From: Chiloscyllium plagiosum
Taxonomy: Eukaryota
Direction: 5' to 3'
NCBI RefSeq assembly: GCF_004010195.1
Contig: NC_057715.1
Location: 114,078,257 to 114,142,256, forward strand
DNA: 64,000 nt
Position 1 is the stretch's first letter. Every line of letters begins with the position of its first letter. The notes under the pieces were generated by a model. The model saw only the letters and a program-made list of their open reading frames with translations, ran no database searches and had not been told where the DNA came from. Positions 11,030-22,032 of the stretch are shown piece after piece. The translations under genes were made by a program, and so were the position numbers.

Positions 11030-11830
11030 CCTGACTGTTTAGTTTGAAGCCCCATCTCCAGCTCCAACTCTGGTTCTAGCATGATTAAGGTGGAGCCCCT
11101 CACATCAGACAGCTCCCTCTTTTCCCCAGTACGTGTGTCTATGACCCATGAATGCCATTCCCTATAGTATGGTGCAGCAGGCTTGAAGGGTCAACTGACC
11201 TACTCCTGTTATTGTTACTTATGGTCTTTTGGAACTCAAATCCATTTCTCCCACACCAATCTTTGAGCCACACATTTATGGCTTTAATCATATTGATCCT
11301 GTGCCTTGTGGCTCGGGTAATCTGGAGATCACCACCATTTTAGTTCTGCTTTTTAATTTAGCCCCCAGTTGCTCATATTCCCTCTGCAGGACCTTTTATT
11401 TCTTTCTACTCATATCATTGTTACCTATCTGAGCCATGATAACCAGATCTTTCCTCTCCCTTTTCAATTTCCTCTGCAGCCCAGATAAGATATCCTGAAG
11501 CCGAGCACCTGGCAGGTAACATTGCCTTCAGGACTCTCGATCTTGGCTGCTACTTAAAACAGTGCCTGCTACTTAAAAAAAACCCCGGAATAACTGCAGA
11601 TTCTGGAAATCAAAAATTGCTGGAAAAGCTCAGTTCTGAGGAAGGGTCACTGGACCTGAAATGTGAACTGATTTTTCTCCACAGATGCTGCCAGACATGC
11701 TGAGCTTTCCTAGCAATTTGTCTTTGTGTCTATTACCTTAACTCTACTGTCACCAATTACAATGTTTCTCTTTATTCCCTGACTTGAATGGCTCCCTGTA
11801 CCATGGTGCTATGGTCAGTTTGCTTATTTT
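11030..11830 (-). mobile_element. CR1 ORF1 (SGNH esterase-like) remnant
   Basis: Minus strand reads VIGDS...CYLPGARLQDILSGLQRKL...VIMAQIGNNDM, matching the CR1 ORF1 GDS / PGA / GTND blocks. Interrupted at 11576-11725. Confidence 0.7.
11576..11725 (+). mobile_element. Short fold-back Penelope-type element, family B
   Basis: Inverted arms (aattgctggaaaagctcag / ctgagctttcctagcaatt) and an internal cagttCTGAGGAagggtcactggacctGAAAtgtgaactg. Confidence 0.75.
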
Positions 11831-14800
11831 CTCCATAGTTCCCACAGGCTGTGCAGAAGATGGAGTGAAGAAACATCACTTTGGCAAGTCCAGATACTAC
11901 TTGCAGGGTAACATTACTTGAAGCCTGCGTTTGTTTTCAATTCTTCTGCTGCTGAACATACATCAAAATTGGCCATGAATTAAGAATGCTCCAAACATTT
12001 ATATGACAGGTCCTCAAAATGCCCCAAAGGCAGTAAATTGCTGTAATTGTAGTCACTTGCTACACAGACAAATGCAGTAGCTAATTTCCGCACTGCAAGG
12101 TATCACAAACAGCACTGAGACAACTGAAACAGATTAATGCCTTCGTTGAGTGTTCAAGGTACCTAATACTTGTCCTGTATATACACTTAGGAACTCTCAC
12201 CAATAAACAAAGCAGAATCAGCAACATGTCCTCTGTGTAAACACAGACTCAGCAGGACTACCTTCCATTTATCACAGCTCTTAATATACCAATACATAGT
12301 TTATGACTCCCTTAATAACAGTTTAGAAAAATTGCCTCTTCCAGTAACTTCTCTCTTTGTGATGCATTTTCTTATGGCTCCCAAAGGCAATATAATTAAG
12401 AGCAGCTATTGTATTGGAGTTATTTTAAACTACAATAGTTCAAACTTTTGGCAAGAACTAAAGATGCATAATTTCAGAGTCAAAGACTTTAAAACGTCCT
12501 TTGAGTAGTAAAGGTTGGATAATAGATGTGTGTTACATCGCTGTTTTCTGTATTTCAGAGCTAGAGTAACTAAAACATCTGCAACTATGATAAATAATTT
12601 TAAACATAAGCTGTACTGTTGGCACAAACATAAGCTCAGCAGGTAGAGCAGAGTTTACAAAAAACTTCAAATTGGAATAGGTGTGCCAACATGTGTGGCC
12701 AACTATGAAGACTGTGCTCTGGGCAGATGTGCTGCTAAAGGGTTTGGTTTGAAAACTTTTGGTGTTAAATTGTGATAATAACATAGATTTTAAAGCACAT
12801 GCAAGTGGTGGTCAGAGTAGAATTAAATAAATATCATTGAGACTTCCAAATGAAAATGAAGACATACTTTTGAAAATCTAATTTTTATTTCCAACTGCAA
12901 GCAAGGAACCCAATTTCCTTGACTTCAGTGTGGCACTGAGAGACTAGTTGAAGGCAAAGCAATGTCTGAATTGCTACAAATAAAGTCGCAGGATTGTCAT
13001 GTAGTTGTGCATTAGAGGTTACAGGAATTAAGTGTGCTAGCATTTAGAAACCAGTGGTTTCTAAAAAAATGTTTTGTCAAGCTCCCCTTCTCATTGACTC
13101 TAAGTTAAGTTATTATACAACTATACTCATAATACTGTTGCATATGAAGTGTTGTTTCAACAATGCTTTTAAAGAGGTGGGTGTGCCTATGTCTCAGTGC
13201 AGAGGTAGGCTAAGAGGAGCACAGAAAAGTGTTTCAAGCGCACACTGAAAGCACAGGGGAGTGTGCAAGAGCCCAAAGGAAAGAGAGACATCGGATGCTG
13301 CTCACTCACTTCCTCTTGACCATTTCACCCTGTGCGGTTAACCACATTGCTGACCTGTAATTATAACCCAGTGTTGAGAGCCTTCTGGAAGGTCTCTGCA
13401 GACCTCCGTTTGAAAACCACTTACCCCAGTGCACAATTAGTGGAATTTGAGGTTATACAGGGCTCTCACACCATATTACTGGTATCATTGTGTCCTGTAG
13501 CTTCCATAGCAACTTAGATTTACCAATTCAGAATAAATGAAGCTCAACATGCCACTGAATTGCATTTATGTGCACAAAGTTTTCAACACATATTGCATCA
13601 TGTAGTCACCATTATCAGTAATCCCTTGTGTCAAGGATTGTTTTTCTTGTGGATAGCTGTCAGTGCTGGCTGAAATTTCACAAATGGCTTATCAACCCCA
13701 TCTTGCTCCAAGGACATCGGCTGTAAGCCAGTAGCAAAGGTGGCAGAACATTGGCTCAAGCCTCTCTCCAAGACTGTTCTTGGCGACTGCAAGGTTTGGT
13801 GCAATTTTTGATAATAGATTGTTATTTTGGTTGCGACTGGGCAACCAGGTTTTGATGTTGATAATGAGCAGAACTTCATGAAGGCTTTGAGAATATCTGA
13901 AATAATTTGGACATGACAAAGGTTGACCCTGCAAGTTTTTCTCACTAACGCGAGGATTTATGCTCAGGTTGAAGAAGCTGTCCAACAGACTCTGGAATCA
14001 ATTTTAAGTCATAATGCCTCATTGTTGAAAACAGCGCAGCACTCAGACTGTGGAAGATCCACTCTGTGGCACAGTTCTGAGGAGAAAGTTGCTCCAGCAA
14101 TGCACAACTGCAGCTTCTGATTGGTGCAGGATGAGCCTGAAGATTGGATGAAGCCTCGAGAACAAATTTCTTTTTAAAAACAGAAATCTGATGTTCCATG
14201 GCGAAAGGTTACTGGCTGCTGTCTAAATCAATCCTAAGTGGTGACATACATGATGCCTCAAATCTGATAGATACAAGACTGCCTGATTGAAAAGGCCATT
14301 TCTTTCCTCTGAACCTGTGCCTCAAAACAGGTGTACTTCAGAATAATTAATAAAATAAAGCTTTAACTATTTAAAATTTGATTTTATAATTCAAATAACA
14401 TACCATGACAAAATCTGCTTTGCACGTGTACAAGAAAAACAATGCAACCTTTCTTACAAGAGCTTGGATTATTTATTCAGTATAACATATGAATTGTAAT
14501 GAATTTAAATAAAAGCTGAGCCACCTTCTTTTACAAATTTGTATTTATAACAGCCATTTTAATGTTAGAAGGCAGCCACAGTTTCTTTTCTGCACGACCC
14601 GCATATACTTAATTTTCACTCTATTATTCAACTCCAAATCACTGGCTCTCAGCTAAAAACTATACAATCCCTGGTCATTCTGAACTTAAAGCAAACTCAC
14701 CTTTTGTGCTTACCTCAGCCAAAGGAGGCCTTCAGAAATTTGTTACTACTCCTCCAGAAGTTTCTTAACTGTTTCTGGAGCTGTCAGATGTACTTGTTCA

Positions 14801-14835
14801 AAGCTCAGAGTGGTGAGGTACTGGATTTTGTTTAG

Positions 14836-14910
14836 AACATAGAACATAGAAGAATACAGCGCAGTACAGGCCCTTGGGCCCTCGATGTTGCGCCGATCCA
14901 AGCCCACCTA
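14836..14910 (-). mobile_element. Extremely 5'-truncated young CR1 tail with a 48-bp flanking duplication
   Basis: Near-identical reverse complement of the tail at 17386-17458. Flanks 14788-14835 and 14911-14958 are identical. Confidence 0.92.
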
Positions 14911-15477
14911 ATGTACTTGTTCAAAGCTCAGAGTGGTGAGGTACTGGATTTTGTTTAGTGCAGATGTCTGTCATTTCATGATGTGTGTGAGAAGATAATA
15001 GTAGAACAATTTACCCAACAAAAACACTGATATGATTAAAGTCTTGGGGCAAATTAAAAAAATTGTAACAAATAGTTATGTTGCAAAATTTATCCTAAAC
15101 AGAATTGAGAGGATATTCTTTTACACTGTGAATTCTCATCATCCTCTTTAGCTGTTTCATTATAGGCAGAGTGAATTCTCTGATTTCAAAATTCTTCCCC
15201 ACCCTACCAGTCTTTCTGTAGCCTTAACAATATAGATTGCTATATCTTTAACTACTACACTCTTCCAAACATCTTTTGTATTCCTGACTTTCACTGTCCA
15301 TCATGAGGAGATGTATCTTTGGTTTTCTAGGCCCTCAGCTCCAATTCCTCTTTTGGCATCTCTCTGAATATCTCATGTGGCACAGTGCCAAATCTTATTC
15401 AATAATATCCACAAAGCGACTGAGCGTTTTACTATGCTACATAAATGCATTTTGTTGTTTTTGAAAACTCACGGTTT

Positions 15478-16490
15478 TTATTTGTGTACAGGATAGGTGT
15501 GTCTCTGACTAGGCTAGCATTTATTGTCCATCCCCAACTGCACTTGAGAAGTTAGAGAGCTACCTTCTTAAACTGCTGCAGAGCTTACAGTGCAGCTACC
15601 TCCATAGCTATTAGTGAAGGTTTCCAAGTTTTGACTCAGTGACAGTGAAGAAATGATGATATATTTCCAAGTCAGGATGGTGAGTGGCGCCAAGAGGAAC
15701 TTGCAGTTGATGGACCTGCTGCCCTTGTCCTTCTCAATGGAAGTGGTCGTGGAATTGAAAGGAATCTTTCTGCAACTTCTTCACCCAGAGAGTGGTGAGT
15801 GTGTGGAATGCTGTGCCCCAGAAGGCTGTGGAGGCCAAGACTCTGGAAAGAATCAAGGAAGAGTTGGATAGAGCTCTTAAGGATAGTGGAATCAAGGGTT
15901 ATGGGGATAATGCAGGAACAGGATACTGATTGAAAATGATCAGCCATGATAATAATGAATGGTAGTGCTGGCTCGAAGGGCAGAATGGCCTACTCCAGCA
16001 CCTATTGTCTATTATCTTGTAGACAATACACACTGTTGCTACTGAGCATTGGCAGGAGTGGATGCTTGTGGGTGTGATGCCATTTAAGTGGGCTGCTCTT
16101 TTCTGAATGGTGCCAATATTCCTGAGTGTTGTTGGAGGCACACCCATCCAGGCAAGTGGGGAGTACCCCATCACACCCCTGACTCATGCCTTGTAGATGT
16201 TGGACAGACTTTTGGGGAGTCAGGTGGTGAGTTACTCACCACAGTATTCCAAGCCTCTAACCTGCTCTTGTGGCTATAATACTTATGTGACGAATCCAGT
16301 TGAGTTTCTGGTCAATAGCAACCTTAAGGATATTACTAGTGGGGGATTCAGTGAAGGTCAAGGGGTGGCGATTAGGTTGTCACATATGTGAGATGGTGAT
16401 TGCCTAGCATTTGTGTGGCACAAATGTTACTTGCCACTGAGCAGTCCAACCCTAGATATTATCCTGATCTTGTTGCATTTGTACATGGAC
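15478..16490 (-). mobile_element. Second LINE family fragment with a nested plus-strand CR1 tail (about 15757-16010)
   Basis: Minus ORF MMGYSPLAWMGVPPTTLRNIGTIQKRAA resembles the LINE ORF2 C-terminal EYS...W region. The nested piece ends gaatggcctactccagcacctattgtcta. Confidence 0.75.
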
Positions 16491-16817
16491 ATGTAGTCCT
16501 CCAAAATTGTTTCAGAGCTCTCATGGAGTACCAGTGCGCCAGTACAAGGAAATGCTTGATCTGTTTGACAGCTGCAATACAGTGGTAAATTGTGTGAATA
16601 AAGAATGAATTGATAATATCACTACAATTAGCAAATGTACTCTACTCACGCATACACAGATTGATGTTTTTAAACTAGACACTGAGGTCCATTTTCTTTA
16701 AATGAAGACATCTGATGATCAATTACACATTGAGGAAGGGCCAAAAAAAGCTGGAGCTTTAAAAAAATGAAAAGGTGAAACTAAAAGCTTCCAACAGCTG
16801 GAAGACAAAAAATTCAT

Positions 16818-17458
16818 CTTGGTAAAGGTTCATCTTGGAGTGCAGTTATTAGCGGTGTTCCGCAAGGATCTGTTTTGGGACCATTGCTGTTTTGGGACCA
16901 TTTTTATAAATGACCTGGAGGAGGGGCTAGAAGGTTGGGTGAGCAAGTTTGCGGATGATACGAAAGTCGGTGGAGTTGTTGACAGTGAGGAAGGATGTGT
17001 CAGGTTACAGCGGGATATAGATAAGCTGCAGAGCTGGTCAGAAAGGTGGCAAATGGAGTTCAATGTAGGTAAGTGTGAAGTGATTCACTTTGGTAAGAGT
17101 AACAAAAAGACGGGGTACTGGGCTAATGGTCGGATACTTGGTAGTGTGGATGAGCAGAGGGATCTTGGTGTCCATGTACACAGATCTCCGAAAGTTNNAT
17201 TACGAGGGGGCATTGCTTTAAATTAAGGGGTGGTAGGTATGGGACATATGTTAGGGGTAGATTCTTTACTCAGCGAGTCGTGAGTTCATGGAATGCCCTG
17301 CCAGTAGCAGTGGTGGACTCTCCCTCTTTATGGGCATTTAATCGGGCATTGGATAGGCATATGGAGGATAGTGGGCTAGTGTAGGTTAGGTGGGCTTGGA
17401 TCGGCGCAACATCGAGGGCCAAAGGGCCTGTACTGCGCTGTATTTTTCTATGTTCTAT
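16818..17458 (+). mobile_element. Young CR1 LINE (RT C-terminus plus 3' tail) spanning an assembly gap
   Basis: FINDLEEGLEGWVSKFADDTKVGG (FADD catalytic motif), KCEVIHFG; nn at 17197-17198; tail ttctatgttcta. Confidence 0.95.
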
Positions 17459-17519
17459 TACGAGAGATAAAACACAGCACTTTCCACATTTTAAATTCAA
17501 GAATTTTCCAGTCAACTGG

Positions 17520-18385
17520 CCATAAAATATAGGAGAAAAAGGCCATTCAGCCCATCAAGTCTACTCTGCCATTCAATGAGATCATGTCTGATCTGATAAT
17601 CTTCAACTCCATTTTCTTGCCTTTTCCCCATAACCATTGATTCCTTTACTGATTAAGGATTTGTCTATGTCAGCCTTGAATATGCTTAACAATCCAATCT
17701 TTACAGTCCTCTTTAGTACATGATTCCACAGATTCACTACCCTGGCAGAAGAAATTCTTCATCATCTCGGTTTTAAATGTGTGACCCCGTATTCTGAGAT
17801 TATGCCCTCTGGTGCTAGACTCTCCCACAAGGGGAAACAACATTTCCCCTTCTACCCTGTCAAGTCTTCAAAGAATCTTATACTTTTCAATAAGGTCACC
17901 CTTTCATTTTTCTATCTTCCAGTGAATACAGGCTAAATCTACTAAATCTCTCCTCATAAGGCAGCCTCTCCTTACCTGGTATCAGCCAAGTGAACATTCT
18001 CTGGGCTGCTTTTAGTGCCAGTACATATTTCCTTACATAAGGGGCCCAAAACTGTTCACAGTATTCCAGCTGTAGTCTGACTATTGTAAAGAAAAACTCT
18101 TATACTCTGTTTCTTTCAAATCATCTTAGTAAGATTTGAAAGGGATCTAAAGGGGCAACATTTTCACACAGAGGCTGGTATGTGTATGAAATGAGCTACC
18201 AGAGGAAGTGGAAGAGGCTGGTACAATTACAACATTTAAAAGCATCAAGATGGATATATAAACAGGAAGAGTTGAGGGAGACATGGGTCAAGTGCTGGCA
18301 AATGTAACTAGATTAATTTAGGATATCTGGTCGGCATGCACAGTTGGACCAAAGGGTCTGTTTCCATGCTGTACATCTAAGACTC
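17520..18385. mobile_element. Two adjacent CR1 3' fragments (minus about 17520-18085, plus about 18130-18385)
   Basis: Characteristic CR1 3' regions and tails in opposite orientation. Confidence 0.75.
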
Positions 18386-18389
18386 TAAT

Positions 18390-18677
18390 CCCTACAGGGT
18401 GAAAGCAGGCCCATTGAGCCCATACCAATCTCAAAAGCATCCCACTGCCCTACCCTATCCCCGTAATCCTGCATTTCTCATGGCTAACCCACCTAGCCAG
18501 CACATCCTTGAACAGTATGGGCAATTTAGCATGGCAATCCACCTAACCTGCACATCTTTGGATCGTAGGAGGCACCCGTAGCACCTGGATGAAACCCACA
18601 CAGACACAGGGAGAAGGTGCAAACTCCACACAGACAGTCACCATGAGGCAACAATGCTAACCACCGAGTCACCATGC
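18390..18677 (-). mobile_element. HE1-type V-SINE, diverged
   Basis: Reverse-complement V-domain gaaacccacacagacacagggagaaggtgcaaactccacacag. Confidence 0.85.
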
Positions 18678-19254
18678 CTTTGAAATGAAATCCATCATTC
18701 CAGTGCCTTCCCTATTACCCGTTGAACTTGGATGCCAGCTTTTTGTGATTCGTAGGCAGCCAATGGAAGTGCCTATCACAGGGCACCAGTGTCTACAGCA
18801 CTTGGGCATGAACTGTTGCTTCTGGCAGTTTGCCAGCTAACCTAATGCCAGGATGATTGGTCTGACAACAAAAAGAATAGCTAGATAATCAAAAACAATG
18901 AATTGCACAGATTGTCTCTCCCAGGAGATTATATAGCTGCAGGCAGGTAAGTGAAGTGAAATCTCCAGTTATCACAGTGTGGAAACGAACTTCTTGACTT
19001 ACTAGTTCATTTTCCACCTGTCAATTTTGACATGTTTACAGCATGAATCCAAGATAGTTGGAGTGAAAATTGCTGGTGGAAAGAGGAACAACTTTCAACA
19101 GAATGCAAAGGATGATACAGATACTTAAAAAGCAAATTCAGAGTGCAAGGGAACACATCTTCAAATTACAGAGATTCTTTAGCTCTGCTATGATGTGCCT
19201 CAATGAGCTGTTCCCTTCAGTTGAAATGCAAAAAGTTAGAGAACATGCGGCAGC

Positions 19255-19625
19255 TTATCACAGCTTGATATGGCAACAGGACCATAAGAAACTAGAGTGT
19301 TGTGAACCCAGCCCAGTCTATCACACAAGCCAGCCTTCCATCGAATGACTCCAACTATACGTCCCACTGCCTTGGAAAGGCAGCCAACATAATCAAAGAC
19401 CTCCTCCCCACCCTAGTTATAATCTCTTCCAACCTCTTCTGTCCGAGGATACAAAAGCTTAAACACATGAACCAACAGATTGAACAACAGGTTCTTCCTC
19501 ACTGTTATTAGATTTCTGAATGGAGTAACATTGTACTCCTTGTTCTGTTCTATTACCCCATATGCACGCAAAACAAACGTCTCACTGTACCTAGGTACAT
19601 GCGATAATAATAAATCAAATCAAAA
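19255..19625 (+). mobile_element. Rex1/Babar LINE 3' end
   Basis: YTSHCLGKAANIIKD and NNRFFLTVIRFLN motifs, tail aataaatcaaatcaaa. Same family as 57850-58330. Confidence 0.8.
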
Positions 19626-20627
19626 TACACTGCTTCTTGGAGTTGTAGGGCACAGGCTCAAACTCTCTGCACTGAATGATTTAACTTTTATTCAATTTCA
19701 AATGAATATTTCAGCACAAAACTACCATGCAACTTCGAGGATTCTTTTGGTAAGAAGGCACACATGCAGAAAGATGCAAGTAACAGAAGGAAAGCAGCAC
19801 CTTTCACGATCTCAGGATCTCCTGAACTTCTTTACAGCAACAAAAAGATGGGTGGATATTTTGGGTAACGAAAATAACAGCCATTTTGAGAGTTTCACAG
19901 TGTTATGTGGAAATTATGAGCATCCTGAAATGGGCAAGGGAACAAGTTATAGCTTGTTCACTGATTTTGAATATTATTCCAACATGGAAAGAAATTTAAG
20001 CCATCAGTCTTTTCTGGAATGAATGTAATAATAGTTATACAGTATGTTATTGCACTGAATTATTCTTTGGAATGCATTGACTATTGGGCAGCAATGGCTT
20101 CAATATCAATGTTGCTGCTCACATTGATTTCCTTGCAATGACTACTTAAACGTGGAGAGAATTAAGGGAGAATTTTGACTTTGTCAACCAGAAGAACTCC
20201 ATTCTCATTCAATTTCTGACAACCACCTGAACCGCTGAAATTAGCAGACTCAGTCTCAGGTTATCTCACCCAGGGTGAAACTTTCATGATGTACTCTTTC
20301 AGAATGGCACCTTCTTACTAGTTCAGGTTCTGCACACAACTCAGAACTTCCAACTTTTTGTCCAGAGAGGGTGAATGCACCGTTAAGAGACAAGCTGCCA
20401 TACAGAATATGAAATACAGATGGAATTTTGGAAGAAGAATCTCCACACATCATTTAACTTTTGACCCTCAAAACATTAGATACAACTTGATCTGAGCAAC
20501 ATGACTTTTATTTCACACACACTTTTAAATCTTCTTGAACGCTGAGAGTGAGCACCTAGATAGCGCATTTTACTTCAATGCTTTTGATATGGCCATGCAC
20601 AGTACCTTACCTGGAAGATTCATGACA

Positions 20628-20740
20628 TGGTGGTGCTATTGGACTGGGTTGGACAAAGTCAGAAGTCACATGGCACCAGATTATAGTTCAACAGATTTAT
20701 TTGAAATCACAAACTTTTGGAGCGCTGCTACTTCATCGGC
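20628..20740 (-). mobile_element. Short Penelope-type element, family C (single arm)
   Basis: ggactgggttggacaaagtcagaagtcac...aaatcacaaacttttggagcgctgctacttcatc matches the left arm of 62182-62399. Confidence 0.7.
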
Positions 20741-21269
20741 TGCCATTAGGGAGGGAATTTCAGGATTTTGACCCAAAAATGGGAAAGTGAGGGATAGTAA
20801 AGACATAATTATGCCCATCACTGACTGCTTTGAAAAGGGAGCAGGACAAAACATCATGTCAAAGAAAGAAATTCAAATCGAGTAAGTGCCATTAAGAATG
20901 ACAACATCACCACATTTAAAGTATGATATGGCTGCATCAAGATCGTTTTTGGTGAGTGCTTTCAGTCAACAAAGAGCCTGCTTTACATTCAATGCAAAGT
21001 TAGACTCTTGAGGAATGATAAATAGGCAAGGACCAATCAAGAAAATAGCGAGGCCTTGAGGTAGCAGGCCCCAGGAAAGGTTTGGAGAAATATGGACAAT
21101 TGTTAAATAAAGGTTGGAAAATGACTAAAGCAGCATGTAGAAGATAAAGATGTCACATGTTAACTAATTTCTCTCTCTCTACACCTGCTGCCAGACCTGC
21201 CAGGTATTTCCAGTGGTTTCTCTTTTTCATCTACATAAAGGAAAACTGTAATTGCATTGAAAAAAATTG

Positions 21270-21830
21270 TAGGAGACTGTTCCTTAATTGTAGGCATCCG
21301 CAGCACAGAAAAAAGGTCTCCAGCACATCATTTCTGCACCAGAGAAAAACAGCCACCTAACTATTCTAATCTAATTTTCCAGAACTTAACTCAAAGCGTT
21401 GTATGCCTCGGCATTGCAAATGTACTTTGAAGTTTTTTTTTACAAAAGCCTCTAACACCCTTAAGGGCAGTGAGTTCCAGATTCCCAACTTCCAGTGGGT
21501 GAAAAAGTTTTTCCTCACATCTCTTGTAAACCTTTTGCTCTTACCTCAAGTCATCTACTATTCCTCCTCTCCTCTCCACCCCCCCCCCCCAGCTAGCTGC
21601 TGCTCCTCCTCCCCCAAAGAGAAATGTTCCTTTCTGACTACCCTATCTATATACCCCTCAATTTTATACATCTCAATCCCCCTCCATCTCCTCTGCTCCA
21701 AAGAAAACAACCCCAGTCAGTCCAATCTCTCCTCATAACTGAGTGTCTCCAGCCCAGGCAACATCCTAATAAATGTCCTCTGCATCCTCTAGCGTTATCG
21801 CATCTGCCCTGTAACTGCATTCCAGAATTG
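21270..21830 (-). mobile_element. CR1 3' fragment, diverged
   Basis: ctctgctccaaagaaaacaaccccag and cagcccaggcaacatcct are typical reverse-complement CR1 ORF2 C-terminal sequence. Confidence 0.7.
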
Positions 21831-21879
21831 CACACATTACAACAGGTGCGAAATGAACTTGACAAGCAGATTGGAAAAG

Positions 21880-22032
21880 TTAGAAATCACACACCAGGTT
21901 ATAGTCCAACAGATTTACTTGGAAGCACTAGCTTTCAGAGTGCTGATGGTGGTAGAAATCTGTTGGACTATAACCTAGTGTTGTGTGATCTTTAACTTTG
22001 TACACCCCAGCCCAATACCGGCATCTCCAAAT
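21880..22032. mobile_element. Fold-back Penelope-type element, family C, with 13-bp TSD
   Basis: Arms aggttatagtccaacagattt / aaatctgttggactataacct. TSD cagattggaaaag at 21867-21879 and 22033-22045. Confidence 0.8.

Noticed and set aside
19480-20022. 180-aa ORF
   Set aside because: Starts in the Rex1/Babar 3' end and reads on into non-coding sequence; no recognisable motif.
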